This document shows, piece by piece, positions 1-11,172 of a stretch of DNA of 64,000 nucleotides; position 1 is the stretch's first letter, and the number at the start of each line of letters is the position of its first letter. Origin of the DNA: Candidatus Eiseniibacteriota bacterium (GTDB lineage: Bacteria > Eisenbacteria > RBG-16-71-46 > CAIMUX01 > VGJL01); the NCBI GenBank assembly GCA_041946735.1, contig JBHGAY010000020.1, positions 1 through 64,000 of the forward strand, in the 5' to 3' direction. Below the pieces are notes generated by a model. The model ran no database searches and had not been told where the DNA came from. It saw nothing but the letters and a program-made list of their open reading frames with translations. Both the position numbers and the translations under genes were made by a program.

Positions 1-60
1 CGCTCCTCCTCCCCTCGCCGCTCTTGCTCGCCTCGCCGCTCCTCCTCCCCTCGCCGCTCC
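1..60. repeat. 18-bp tandem repeat (3.3 copies visible) encoding ERRGEE/ERRGEQ in the MutS C-terminal linker
   Basis: cgctcctcctcccctcgc / cgctcttgctcgcctcgc / cgctcctcctcccctcgc / cgctcc at 1-60. Confidence 0.9.
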
Positions 61-2483
61 AGCCCCCGCAGGATCTCGCTCGCCCGGCGCACGACCGGGT
101 CCGGCACGCCGGCGAGCCGGGCCACCTCGATGCCGTAGCTCTTGTCGGCCGCGCCGTCGATCACCTTGCGCAGGAAGACCACTTCGTCGCCCCACTCGCG
201 GACGAGGACGTTCTTGTTCACGTATCCCTCGCGCTCGCGCGCGATCCGGGTCAGCTCGTGGTAGTGCGTCGCGAAGATCGTGCGCGGGCGGCGCTCGGCG
301 CCGCGCAGCGCCTCCGCCACGGCCCAGGCGATCGAGACGCCGTCGTAGGTCGACGTCCCGCGTCCCACCTCGTCCATCAGCACGAGGCTTTCGGACGTCG
401 CGTGCCGCAGGATGTTGCTCGTCTCGATCATCTCCACCAGGAAGGTGGACTGCCCGCGGGCGAGCACGTCATGCGCGCCGACGCGCGTGAAGATCCGGTC
501 GGCGACTCCGATCACCGCCTCCTTGGCAGGAACGAAGGAGCCGGCCTGCGCCATCAGCGCGAGAAGCCCGACCTGGCGCAGGTAGGTCGACTTCCCGGCC
601 ATGTTCGGTCCCGTGAGGATGACGACCTGCCGCTCCTCCCCATCGAGATCGAGGTCGTTCGGGACGAAGGAGCCGATGCCGACCGCGCGCTCCACGACCG
701 GATGGCGGCCCTCCACGATCGAGAGGCGACGGGATCGCTCCAGCTTCGGCCTCGTGTAGCCGCCCGTCGCGGCCGCCTCCGCGAAGGCGACCACGAGGTC
801 GATCTCGGCGAGCGCGCGGGCGAGCCGCTGCAGCCGCGACGTCTCGGCCGCGACCCGCTCGCACAGCGAACGGAACAGCTCCTCCTGGCGCTTCTGGTGC
901 TTCTCCTCCGCTCCGAGGATCCGCTCCTCGTGCTCCTTCAGCTCCTGCGTCACGTAGCGCTCGCCCGTCGACAACGTCTGCTTGCGCGTGTAGCGCTCCG
1001 GCACGCGGGCGAGCTGCGACCGGCTCACCTCGATGTAGTAGCCGAAAACCCGGTTGTAGCCGACCTTGAGGTTCGGGATGCCGGTCGCTTCCCGCTCGCG
1101 CCCCTCCATCTCGAGCAGGTAGCGGCGGCCGCCCCGCGAGGCGTCGCGCGTCTCGTCGAGCGCCGCGTCGTAGCCGTCCCGGAAGATCTCTCCGTCGGAG
1201 AGCCCGCCGAGCGGGCCGTCGAGGAGCGCGCGATCCAGCTCGATCGCGATCTCTCCGGGATCGAGACAGCCTCGCTCCGTCCCCCACGCCTCGCCTTCCG
1301 GCAGCGCGGCCGCGACCGCCGGGGCGCGGAGGAGCGAGCGGCGCAGACCGCCGAGATCGCGCGGGATCGCCCGGCCGCAATGGATGCGTCCCAGAATCCT
1401 CTCGATGTCGGCGACCGCGTCCAGCGCCGACGCGAGCGCGACGCGCGCCGTCGCGTCGTCGACGAGCGATTCGACGCGATCGAGACGCTCGCGGGCGGGC
1501 TCCGGATCGCGGTAGGGGCGGGCGAGCGCGGCTCGCAGGCGGCGCCCCCCCGCGGCGGTCCGCGTCCGATCGAGGACGGAGAGGAGCGTGCTGTCTCTCG
1601 CGCCGGAGGCGAGCGGGTCGAACACCTCGAGGCCGCGTAGCGACGCATCGTCGAGCACGAGGAACGAAGCGGGGCGGATCCTCTCGATCCCGGAGAGGTG
1701 GGAGAGGTCGGACCGCTTCTGCTCCCGCGCGTATTCCAGGAGCGCGGCCGCCGCTCCGATCGCGGGGGACGGACCTTCGAAGCCGTACCCTTCGAGAGTC
1801 GCGACGCGGAAGTGCTCGCGCAGGAGCTGCTCGCCCCGAGCGGCGCCGAACCTCCACGCGTCGGCGCGCGAGCGGAAGGCGGCCGCATGGTGCTGCTCCA
1901 GCGCCCGCTCGAGATGGGGCGCCGACCATCCCTCCGGGGTGAGGATCTCCGAGGGCGAGAGCCGGGCCAGCTCCTCCTCCGCTTCCTCCTCGCTCAGTTC
2001 CCCCGCGAGGAACGCGCCGGTCGAAATGTCCGCGGCGGCGAGCCCGATCGAGCCCTCCCCCCCGCAGAGGGCGACGAGGTAGTTCCATCGCGCTCCCTCG
2101 AGGAGCGTGTCCGACACGGCGGTGCCGGGGCTCAGGACCTCGACGACGCGACGATCGAGCAGGCCGCGCCCGCCCGCTGCCGGGCCCGCCGACTGCTCGC
2201 AAATCGCCACCTTGAGCCCCGCCTGCAGCAGCTTCGCGATCTGCGGCTCCGCGCTGTGCCATGGGATGCCCGCGAGCGGGATCGGCTCGGGATCGTTGGG
2301 ATTGCGGGAAGTGAGCGCGATCCCGAGGACGCGGCTCAGCGTCACCGCGTCCTCGTAGAACGTCTCGTAGAAGTCCCCCATCCGGTAGAGGAGCAGAGCG
2401 TCGGGGACCTGGGCCTTGACGCGGAGGTACTGCTCCATCATCGGCGTCGCCCCGGAGGAGGGGCGGGGGCTGCGCCGGCTCAT
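1..2483 (-). CDS. mutS: DNA mismatch repair protein MutS (3' end runs off the left edge of the window)
   Basis: Not in the ORF track because it has no stop inside the window. Manual translation from ATG 2483 gives MSRRSPRPSSGATPMMEQYLRVKAQVPDALLLYRMGDFYETFYEDA, a Walker A motif ILTGPNMAGKSTYLRQ, then STFLVEM, DEVGRGTSTYDG and SYGIEVARLAG in frame. The start overlaps the upstream stop (ATGA). Confidence 0.97.
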   Translation of the reverse strand, partial: MSRRSPRPSSGATPMMEQYLRVKAQVPDALLLYRMGDFYETFYEDAVTLSRVLGIALTSRNPNDPEPIPLAGIPWHSAEPQIAKLLQAGLKVAICEQSAGPAAGGRGLLDRRVVEVLSPGTAVSDTLLEGARWNYLVALCGGEGSIGLAAADISTGAFLAGELSEEEAEEELARLSPSEILTPEGWSAPHLERALEQHHAAAFRSRADAWRFGAARGEQLLREHFRVATLEGYGFEGPSPAIGAAAALLEYAREQKRSDLSHLSGIERIRPASFLVLDDASLRGLEVFDPLASGARDSTLLSVLDRTRTAAGGRRLRAALARPYRDPEPARERLDRVESLVDDATARVALASALDAVADIERILGRIHCGRAIPRDLGGLRRSLLRAPAVAAALPEGEAWGTERGCLDPGEIAIELDRALLDGPLGGLSDGEIFRDGYDAALDETRDASRGGRRYLLEMEGREREATGIPNLKVGYNRVFGYYIEVSRSQLARVPERYTRKQTLSTGERYVTQELKEHEERILGAEEKHQKRQEELFRSLCERVAAETSRLQRLARALAEIDLVVAFAEAAATGGYTRPKLERSRRLSIVEGRHPVVERAVGIGSFVPNDLDLDGEERQVVILTGPNMAGKSTYLRQVGLLALMAQAGSFVPAKEAVIGVADRIFTRVGAHDVLARGQSTFLVEMIETSNILRHATSESLVLMDEVGRGTSTYDGVSIAWAVAEALRGAERRPRTIFATHYHELTRIAREREGYVNKNVLVREWGDEVVFLRKVIDGAADKSYGIEVARLAGVPDPVVRRASEILRGLERRGEEERRGEQERRGEEE

Positions 2484-3436
2484 CGCACGCGGACGATCTG
2501 GTGCGGGATCGAGTCGGGTCCGACGATCCCCTGCGCCAAGCTCTCGGCCTCCGCCTGGCTGTGGAACTCCCCGGCGCGAATGCGGAACCACCGGCGATCG
2601 GCTTCGTCCGACTCGTCGATCCGCGCATCGATCCCCTTGGCTTGCAGCGAGTCGAGCTGCTCGCGCGCGTTTTGCGCATCGAGGAACGCACCGAACTGGA
2701 TCGACCACGACTCCTCGGGCGGCGGAGCCGCGAGCCCGCCTTCCTGCTCGAAGCGCAGGCCCTCCGGCAGCCCCGCGATCGCGCGCTCCTGCGGCATCAG
2801 CGCGGCGCGCGTCATCCGTCCCTGCCCGGGAAGGCGAAAGATCTCCGCCCAGCGGGCGAGGGTCAGCGCGAGCGCTCCCTCCTCGCGCGCTTGCCCCTCG
2901 AGCGGCAGAAGCTCCGACTCCGCCACGCCCCGGCGTCCCTCGCGGATCGCCCGGTCGACCCCGACCAGCCTTCGCAGGACTCCCCAGAATCCGACGTCGT
3001 CCTGCGACGATTCCGCCAGCGGCTCGCGCCCCGCCATCCGGCGGGTCTGCTCGCACCAGAAGGTGGCGCGCGCGCGCGTAGCGCCGTCGCCGGCGTTCTT
3101 GCGCGCCTTCTCGAACTGTGGGAGCGCCTTCTCGTACTCGGCGGTCTGGTAGTAGTAGAGGCCGATCCAGAGCGCGGCGCGTACCCCCTCGGGATGGTCA
3201 TCGAAGCGCGAGGCGAGGGTCGCGTAGAGCGGCAGCGCCTGCGCCGGATCGCGCCTGGCACGCGCTTCCCGCTCGATCTCCTCCGGGCTGTCGCCGAGCC
3301 CGTCCAGGATCCCTCGCAGGATGTTGCCGCGCCCCTGGCCCTGGGCCGGCGCGGGAGAAGCGGCGAGGAGGATCCCCGCTAACAAGATCCCTCCGAGGAA
3401 GAGCCAGGGGATCGCGCGGGGAGGATCGATGCGCAT
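2480..3436 (-). CDS. Secreted TPR + SPOR (peptidoglycan-binding) domain protein
   Basis: Signal peptide ending ASPAPA; TPR-like AALWIGLYYYQTAEYEKALPQFEKA; C-terminal SPOR motif WSIQFGAFLDAQNA...WFRIRAGEFHSQAEAE. Confidence 0.85.
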   Translation of the reverse strand: MRIDPPRAIPWLFLGGILLAGILLAASPAPAQGQGRGNILRGILDGLGDSPEEIEREARARRDPAQALPLYATLASRFDDHPEGVRAALWIGLYYYQTAEYEKALPQFEKARKNAGDGATRARATFWCEQTRRMAGREPLAESSQDDVGFWGVLRRLVGVDRAIREGRRGVAESELLPLEGQAREEGALALTLARWAEIFRLPGQGRMTRAALMPQERAIAGLPEGLRFEQEGGLAAPPPEESWSIQFGAFLDAQNAREQLDSLQAKGIDARIDESDEADRRWFRIRAGEFHSQAEAESLAQGIVGPDSIPHQIVRVR

Positions 3437-3439
3437 CGC

Positions 3440-4639
3440 CTAGTCGGTCGGACGGACCGGCGCGGGGCGCGGGCGCGGCGGGGGCGCCGCCTGGGCGGGG
3501 GCGAGCCAGGAGCTGCACCGCTCGCAACGCACCCAGACCTCGACGTCCCGCGCGCCGCACGAGGGGCAGACGCCGTCGTTCGAGCCGGAGATCGAGGTCG
3601 CGAGGAGATGGTCCAGCTCGCGCAGCGCCTGCTCCGTGCGCCCGACCTGGAGGAGGCCGCCGATCAGCTGGCGGCGCGCGCTCCGGTTGTCGGTCTGCTG
3701 CTCGAGAACCGATTCGAGCTGCCGGATCGATTCCTCGATCCGCCCGCGACGCCGGTGCATGTCGGCGAGCGCGATCGCCGCCTGGAGGTTCCCGGCGCGG
3801 CCCGATGCGAGGCCCTCGTAGACCTGCGTCAGGTCGCCGAACCGTCCGAGATCGAAGTAGGCGCGCTCGAGCCGAGCGAAGACCTGCTCGGAGCGGTAGC
3901 CATGCTCGCGCACGTACTGCAGCCACTGTTCGATCGCCTCTTCGACCTTCCCTTCGCGCGCGAGGAGGTCGCCGAGGAAGATCCGCGCCAGCGGCCCGTC
4001 GCCGGGCAGCCGCACCGCCTCATCGAGGAGCTTGCGGGCCTCGCGATAACGACCCGCCTCCATGTGCATGCGAGCCATCTGGACCCGCATCTGCACCCGG
4101 GTCGGAACGGTGGTCCCCGGCGCGACGGAGTCCCATTCGTCGAGCAGCTCGAGCGCCTTCTCCCAGTCCCCCCGCCTCTCGGCCACCTGGACGAGAGCGC
4201 GCAGGGCGACCGGGTTCTTCCGATCGAGCGCGATGAGCTTCTCGGCCGTGCGCTGCGCCTCCTCCGGCTTCCCCTGCTGGAGGAGATCCTCCACGTAGCT
4301 CTCGTGAGCGCGGCGCAGATCGTCCGGATCGGAGATCGGCCGCGCCAGCAGATCGGCGTGGAGGCGCTGCGCGCGGTCGGGGTATCCCATCCGGCGCAGC
4401 AGATCGCCGAGACGAAGGTAGGCTCCGAAGTTCTCCGGATCGTTCTTCGCCACTTCCCGGAGCGGGGCGAGCGCGGATGCGGGGCGGCTACGGACCAGCG
4501 CGTCGATCGCGGCGAGATAGGCGCGCGCCGGATCCCACGCATGCTCCTCGCGCCGGCGAGCCATCCACCACGGAACCCCGACGAAGGCGAGGATCGCCGC
4601 CAGGATCACCACCAGGAGAAGGAACTGTCCAAGATTCAC
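3440..4639 (-). CDS. lapB: LapB-like TPR protein with N-terminal membrane anchor and C-terminal rubredoxin-like zinc ribbon
   Basis: N-terminal TM helix; AYLRLGDLLRRMGYPDRAQRLHADLL and further TPRs; C-terminal CPSCG...VRCERCSSW; directly downstream of a LapA-like gene. Confidence 0.8.
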   Translation of the reverse strand: MNLGQFLLLVVILAAILAFVGVPWWMARRREEHAWDPARAYLAAIDALVRSRPASALAPLREVAKNDPENFGAYLRLGDLLRRMGYPDRAQRLHADLLARPISDPDDLRRAHESYVEDLLQQGKPEEAQRTAEKLIALDRKNPVALRALVQVAERRGDWEKALELLDEWDSVAPGTTVPTRVQMRVQMARMHMEAGRYREARKLLDEAVRLPGDGPLARIFLGDLLAREGKVEEAIEQWLQYVREHGYRSEQVFARLERAYFDLGRFGDLTQVYEGLASGRAGNLQAAIALADMHRRRGRIEESIRQLESVLEQQTDNRSARRQLIGGLLQVGRTEQALRELDHLLATSISGSNDGVCPSCGARDVEVWVRCERCSSWLAPAQAAPPPRPRPAPVRPTD

Positions 4640-4986
4640 GGCCGCCGCCCCTCGAGGATCTCTCCTCCTTGCGCTTCGATCGTGGGAAGGTCGTCGAGCG
4701 CCGAGCCGCGGAGATGATGGAGTTCGTCGAGCAGCGCCCGGTTCTCGCGGCGCAGGCGGGCGATCTGGGTTCGCGCCCGGATGTCCCTAGCCAGCGTGAT
4801 CACGAAGTAGGTGACGATCCCCAGCAGGTAGGCGCAGAACATGGCGACGACGAGCGGCACGTCGGGATATGCGTGGGCCGCGTCGGTCCACAGCTTGATG
4901 TCCACCGTCTCGTCCAGGTTCAGGACCGCGAAGAAAAGGATCGCGCTCATGAAAGCGATCCCGAGAAGAAGCTTCACGAGGGACAC
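4636..4986 (-). CDS. lapA: LapA-family (DUF1049) lipopolysaccharide assembly membrane protein
   Basis: ILFFAVLNLDETVDIKLW, second TM VPLVVAMFCAYLLGIV, coiled tail IARLRRENRALLDEL. GTG start at 4986 follows GGAGGT; the ORF track starts it at 5001. Confidence 0.8.
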   Translation of the reverse strand: MSLVKLLLGIAFMSAILFFAVLNLDETVDIKLWTDAAHAYPDVPLVVAMFCAYLLGIVTYFVITLARDIRARTQIARLRRENRALLDELHHLRGSALDDLPTIEAQGGEILEGRRP

Positions 4987-5019
4987 CGTTCCACCTCCCA
5001 CACCTGTCCAGGCCGCCCC

Positions 5020-5049
5020 ATCTTAGGGGCCGCCGCGCAAGTGTCGCAA
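5020..5049 (-). promoter_or_regulatory. Putative sigma70 promoter for lapA-lapB-SPOR-mutS
   Basis: TTGCGA-N18-TAAGAT on the minus strand upstream of lapA. Confidence 0.55.
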
Positions 5050-5164
5050 GGCGGTTTGCGGCGCGGGGGGTGCTCGTCCGGCGGAGCCGCCGCAGGGCGG
5101 AAGGGAGAGAGAGCCGGGGGGAGCGACCGAGGGCGCCGTGCCGCGGAGACCGGCCGGATGAGCC

Positions 5165-5200
5165 AACGCAAAGGGGGTGCGACGTCGCCGCCGCACCCCC
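5165..5200 (-). terminator. Putative intrinsic terminator after rpsA
   Basis: Minus strand GGGGGTGCGGCG-GCGA-CGTCGCACCCCC followed by TTTGCGTT. Confidence 0.7.
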
Positions 5201-5334
5201 GTCTCGTTGCTGCCGCCGCCTGCCGCTTTGCCGCGTGGCGTGCGGCTCGGGCTCGCCGCCCGGCCTGCCGCTTCGCTCGCTGCTCCGGCGCCGGCTCGGG
5301 CTCGTCGCCCCGCTATCGCTTCGCGCGGCTCCGG

Positions 5335-7137
<1,803 letters not shown>

Positions 7138-7211
7138 GAAAAAGTGACCTCCTTGGGACAGATTTCGGCCCGAAGGCCGGCGCCGGCCAGGAAGCCGGAC
7201 GCGAAGGGGCC

Positions 7212-7241
7212 ATACTACCCGATTCGGCGCGGCCGGTTCAA
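7212..7241 (-). promoter_or_regulatory. Putative sigma70 promoter for rpsA; the -35 overlaps the cmk-plsC stop
   Basis: TTGAAC-N18-TAGTAT; the leader contains a CGGCC-TTCG-GGCCG (cUUCGg) hairpin. Confidence 0.55.
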
Positions 7242-8521
7242 TCGCCGGACGGCACCGGTTCGAGCGCCTCGATCTCCCGCAGGATCCGGGCTGCCATCTC
7301 CGGGAAGCGCTCCCGCCCCGCCTTGCCCGGGGCCACGGGCGGGAGGCGGAATGGCTGCCCGTATCGGATCGAGATGCCGCGGTTCGCCTTGCGCTCCACC
7401 GGCCAGCTCCCCCGGATGCGCACCGGCACGATCGGCACTTCGGCGCGCGCGGCGAGCCAGGCGATCCCCTCTTTCGGCTCGCCCAGGCCGGGACGGCGGA
7501 TCCGCGTTCCCTCGGGGAACACGAGGAGCGCTCCTCCGCCGCGCAGAATCGCGAGCGCCTGCTCGATCGACGAACGATCGAATCCTTCCCGGTCGATCGG
7601 GATCGCGTGCACGCGCCGGATCAGGGGACCGAAGAACGGGATCGAGAAGAGCTGGCGCTTCGCCAGGTAGTGGATCGGCCGCGGCAGGTAGGTGCCGACC
7701 AACGGAGGATCGAGGTACGACTTGTGGTTCGACGCGAGCAGCACCCCGCCCGCCTTCGGCACGTTCTCCGCCCCGGCGGCGCGCGCGGACCAGAGCGCGC
7801 GGCTGATCGGGCCGATCGTGATCTGCGCGAACCTGTACAGGCCGCGCGAGCGCACCATCCTCTCGCCCCATGCATCGAGGATCTGCCGCACCTGTCCCTC
7901 GATGTCGGTCGCCGTCGTGTCGACGACGACGGCATCCGGCGCCCGCCGCAGCGGCGCGATCTCGCGTTCCGCGTCCCGCTTGTCGCGCTCCGCGAGCTGC
8001 CGCGCAACCTCCTCGACCGGCGTGGAGCGACCGATCGCCTCGAGATCCTTGGCGCGGCGCTCGGCGCGCACCGGCAAGGTCGCCGTCAGGAAGATCTTCA
8101 GATCGGCGTTGGGGAAGACGGCGGTGCCGATGTCCCTGCCCTCGACGACGGCGGGACCCTGCTCGGCCAGGCTGCGGAGCCACCGGCCCACGCTCTCGCG
8201 CACGTCGGAGCGGACGGCGAGCTGCGAGGCGAGCGAAGTGACGGCGGGATCGCGCAGCTGCTGCGAAAGCTCCTCGCCGTCGAGAAGCACGCGGAAGCGG
8301 GACGGCCCCATCTCCGCGCGCAGCGGGAGCGACGCGAGGAAGGCAGGGAGCCGCGGATCGTCGGGTCCGTCGATCCCGGCGGCGCGCGCCGCGTACGCGA
8401 CGGCGCGATAGATCGCGCCGGAGTCGATGTAGGAGAAGCCGAGACGCCGGGCGACCTCGCACGCGCTCGTCGTCTTTCCGGTGCCCGCTCCGCCGTCGAT
8501 CGCGAGAATGGGATGCCTCAT
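7238..8521 (-). CDS. cmk: Cytidylate kinase fused to a lysophospholipid (PlsC-type) acyltransferase
   Basis: Start ATG 8521 (ATGA overlap with aroA). Cmk part: ILAIDGGAGTGKTT, IDSGAIYRAVA, VEGRDIGTAVFPNADLKIFLTA, ERDKRDAEREIAPL. PlsC part: LASNHKSYLDP, FPEGTR, VPIVPVRIRG. Confidence 0.92.
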   Translation of the reverse strand: MRHPILAIDGGAGTGKTTSACEVARRLGFSYIDSGAIYRAVAYAARAAGIDGPDDPRLPAFLASLPLRAEMGPSRFRVLLDGEELSQQLRDPAVTSLASQLAVRSDVRESVGRWLRSLAEQGPAVVEGRDIGTAVFPNADLKIFLTATLPVRAERRAKDLEAIGRSTPVEEVARQLAERDKRDAEREIAPLRRAPDAVVVDTTATDIEGQVRQILDAWGERMVRSRGLYRFAQITIGPISRALWSARAAGAENVPKAGGVLLASNHKSYLDPPLVGTYLPRPIHYLAKRQLFSIPFFGPLIRRVHAIPIDREGFDRSSIEQALAILRGGGALLVFPEGTRIRRPGLGEPKEGIAWLAARAEVPIVPVRIRGSWPVERKANRGISIRYGQPFRLPPVAPGKAGRERFPEMAARILREIEALEPVPSGD

Positions 8522-9954
8522 CCGGCGATTCCCGCTCCGCCGATTCCCTCCCCGCCGATTCCCGCTCCCTCGATTCCCGCTCCCGCGCTTCGCATCGAGT
8601 CGAGGAAGGAGGGATCGGACGTGTCGATCGAGCGGCCGTCGTCGATCTCGACCGGCGCGTCCGCCGCGCAACCCGCCACGAGCGCGCTCATCGCGATCCG
8701 GTGATCGCCGCGCGTCTCGACGCGCGCTCCGCGCAGACGTCCCCCCGTTCCGCGGACGATCAGCCAGTCGGGTCCCGTCTCCGCCTCGGCGCCCAGCGCG
8801 CGCACCAGCGCGGCCGTCGCTTCGATCCGGTCGGACTCCTTCACGCGCAGCTCGGCCGCGTCCAGGAATCGGGTCTCCCCTTCCGCCGCGGCGGCGGCGA
8901 CCGCGAGGATCGGCACCTCGTCGAGGCAGCGAACCAGGCGATCGCCGGCGACGACGGTGCCGTGGAGGCGGCTGCCGCGGGCCCGAATCGCGCCGGCCGG
9001 TTCCGGACCGTCTCCCGGCTCTCCCACGATCTCGAGATCCGCTCCCATCGCCCGCAGGACCTCGAACGCCCCGGTCCGCGTCGGGTTGATCGCCACCCGC
9101 TCACACGTGAGATCGGATCCCTCGACCAGCGCCGCGGCGACCGCGAAGAACGCGGCCGCCGACGGATCCGACGGGATCTCCCACCGGAAACCCGCGTGAG
9201 GTTCCTCGCGGGCGCCGAGGACGATCCTCCCCCGCTCGATCTCGATCGGGTAGCCAAGCCACTGGAGCAGCCGCTCCGTGTGATCGCGGCTCGGGCCGGG
9301 CTCTTCGACGATGATTGCGCCGGCCGGCCCCTTCCCCACCGTTGCCGCGGCCTTCCCCTTCGTCGCCCGCCGGCTCAGCCCGAGGCCGGCGAGGAGGATC
9401 GCGCTCTTCACCTGTGCGCTCGCGACCGGCAGCCGGATCGTCGCCGGCCGCACCTCGCCGCCTTGCACCGCGACCGGCGGCAGCTCCCCGTCCCGCAGAT
9501 GCACGCAGGCGCCGAGCGCGCGCAGCGGCTCGGCCACGCGTCGCATCGGGCGCCGCCGGAGGGACGCGTCCCCGCTCAAGACCGCGTAGCGCCCCGTCCC
9601 CGCGACGACTCCCGCGAGCAGGCGGATCCCGGTGCCGGAGTTGCGCAGGTCGAGCAGCGAATCGGGATCGCGCAGGCGTCCCGCCGTCCCGCCGGCGCTC
9701 CAACCCTGGCGCGTCCGCTCGAGCGATGCGCCGAGACGCGCGAGCGCTTCCGCCGTCGCCTCGACGTCCTCTCCCGGATTCGGCCGCACGATCGTCGAAG
9801 GCCCGGCCGCGAGCGCGGCGAGGATCAGGGCGCGATGGCTGAGGGACTTGTCGCCGATCGGCCGGATGCTGCCGAGTAGCGGACCGTTCGGGAAGCTGCG
9901 GAGCGGCCGCGCGCCACCCGCGCCGGCGTTCCCTCTCTCGAATGCGCCGCTCAT
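8518..9954 (-). CDS. aroA: 3-phosphoshikimate 1-carboxyvinyltransferase (EPSP synthase)
   Basis: GDKSLSHRAL, NSGTGIRLLAG, GDASLRRRPMRRV, ASAQVKSAILLAG, SRDHTERLL, ELRVKESDRI, DHRIAMS; ATG 9954 overlaps the pheA stop. Confidence 0.96.
   Translation of the reverse strand: MSGAFERGNAGAGGARPLRSFPNGPLLGSIRPIGDKSLSHRALILAALAAGPSTIVRPNPGEDVEATAEALARLGASLERTRQGWSAGGTAGRLRDPDSLLDLRNSGTGIRLLAGVVAGTGRYAVLSGDASLRRRPMRRVAEPLRALGACVHLRDGELPPVAVQGGEVRPATIRLPVASAQVKSAILLAGLGLSRRATKGKAAATVGKGPAGAIIVEEPGPSRDHTERLLQWLGYPIEIERGRIVLGAREEPHAGFRWEIPSDPSAAAFFAVAAALVEGSDLTCERVAINPTRTGAFEVLRAMGADLEIVGEPGDGPEPAGAIRARGSRLHGTVVAGDRLVRCLDEVPILAVAAAAAEGETRFLDAAELRVKESDRIEATAALVRALGAEAETGPDWLIVRGTGGRLRGARVETRGDHRIAMSALVAGCAADAPVEIDDGRSIDTSDPSFLDSMRSAGAGIEGAGIGGEGIGGAGIAG
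8521..8586. repeat. 15-bp tandem repeat (4 copies) encoding the GAGIE/GAGIG/GEGIG/GAGIA tail of AroA
   Basis: tccggcgattcccgc / tccgccgattccctc / cccgccgattcccgc / tccctcgattcccgc. Confidence 0.9.
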
Positions 9955-11063
9955 CCGACGCTCCGGCCCGGGGGACGCTCGCTCGGGTACGAGCCGAGCA
10001 CGCGCAGCCACTCGGTCCGGGCACGCATCGCCTCGATCGCCTCCGCGACGCGCGCCTCCTCGCGGTGCCCTTCGAGATCGAGGAAGAAGATATGGTCCCA
10101 CGCCCCGATCGGCGTCGTCTTCGGCTCGATCCAGCAGAGATTGACGCCGTGCTGCGCGAGCGCCCCCGTCACGTCGTGAAGAGCGCCGGGACGGTTCGGG
10201 ATCACCGCCAGACAGGAGGTCTTGTCGCGGCCGCTCGGCGAGCCATCCTCGAGCGCGGCGATCAGGAAGCGGCGCGGCGCTCCCGCCTCGTCCTCCAGCC
10301 CGGACTCCAGCGGCACGAGCGGAGCGAGGGCGCGAAGCGCGTCGTAGCCAAGCGCGCTCCCCTCGCCCGCCGCGGCGCGCTGCGCCGCCTCCTCGGGCGT
10401 GCCTACGACGTGGAAGCGCCGGCTCGCCGCCGTCCCGCGGACCCACCGCGCGCATCGCGCGAGAACAGCGGGATCGGCGAAGACGATCTCCTCCGCGACC
10501 GCCTCGCCCGCTCCCGCTCCCGCTCGCGGCGGATGGGTGGCGCTCGACAGGCGCGCGATGCGCGGACTCACGTAGAACTCTCCGAAGATCCGCACCGGGG
10601 AGTGGAGGAACGGATCGAAGCGGTCGAGATGCGCTTCGAAGGAGCTGGCCTCCGGCGACAGGACCGCATAGTCCGCCTCCTTCGCCTCGATCCGTTCGAA
10701 GAAGTGGAAGAGATCGTCCTCGCCGAGCAGGCGAGCGGAGTCGCCGAAACGCTCCCGAGCGGCCTGGTGCGCGAGGCTGCCTCTCGATCCGAGGAACAGC
10801 ACCGGCTTGCGCGTCTCCAGCGCCCGGCTCGCCGAGATGATCTCGCGGTAGATCGCGCGGAGCGACTCGGCAGGGATCGATTCCCCGGCCTCGCGGACGA
10901 CGCGCTCGAGGACCTCTTTCTCGCGCATCGGATCATAGGAGCCGACGCGATCCTGCCTCTTGCGCTCCCCGATCTTGCGCGCCGTGCGGAGACGGGCGAG
11001 CAGGAGCGAAAGGATCTCGCGATCGATGCGGTCGATCTCGCGGCGCTCCTCCTCGAAGCTCAT
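9951..11063 (-). CDS. pheA: PheA-like chorismate mutase - prephenate dehydratase-like - ACT protein (PDT motifs degenerate)
   Basis: AroQ domain RREIDRIDREILSLLLARLRTARKIGERK...DPMREKEVL...IYREIISASRALE; PDT-like middle domain; ACT domain KTSCL...NRPGALHDV...FFLDLEGH...RVLGSYP. Confidence 0.85.
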   Translation of the reverse strand: MSFEEERREIDRIDREILSLLLARLRTARKIGERKRQDRVGSYDPMREKEVLERVVREAGESIPAESLRAIYREIISASRALETRKPVLFLGSRGSLAHQAARERFGDSARLLGEDDLFHFFERIEAKEADYAVLSPEASSFEAHLDRFDPFLHSPVRIFGEFYVSPRIARLSSATHPPRAGAGAGEAVAEEIVFADPAVLARCARWVRGTAASRRFHVVGTPEEAAQRAAAGEGSALGYDALRALAPLVPLESGLEDEAGAPRRFLIAALEDGSPSGRDKTSCLAVIPNRPGALHDVTGALAQHGVNLCWIEPKTTPIGAWDHIFFLDLEGHREEARVAEAIEAMRARTEWLRVLGSYPSERPPGRSVG

Positions 11064-11172
11064 TCCAGCCCTCTCCCCCGGTCGTGAAGTGTTGGATCGT
11101 TTGCCCGTCCGCCGCGCGGCGGGCGACGGGGCGGGACCATTCGCGCTTTTGGCTGCTGCAGCGCGGCGCCGT

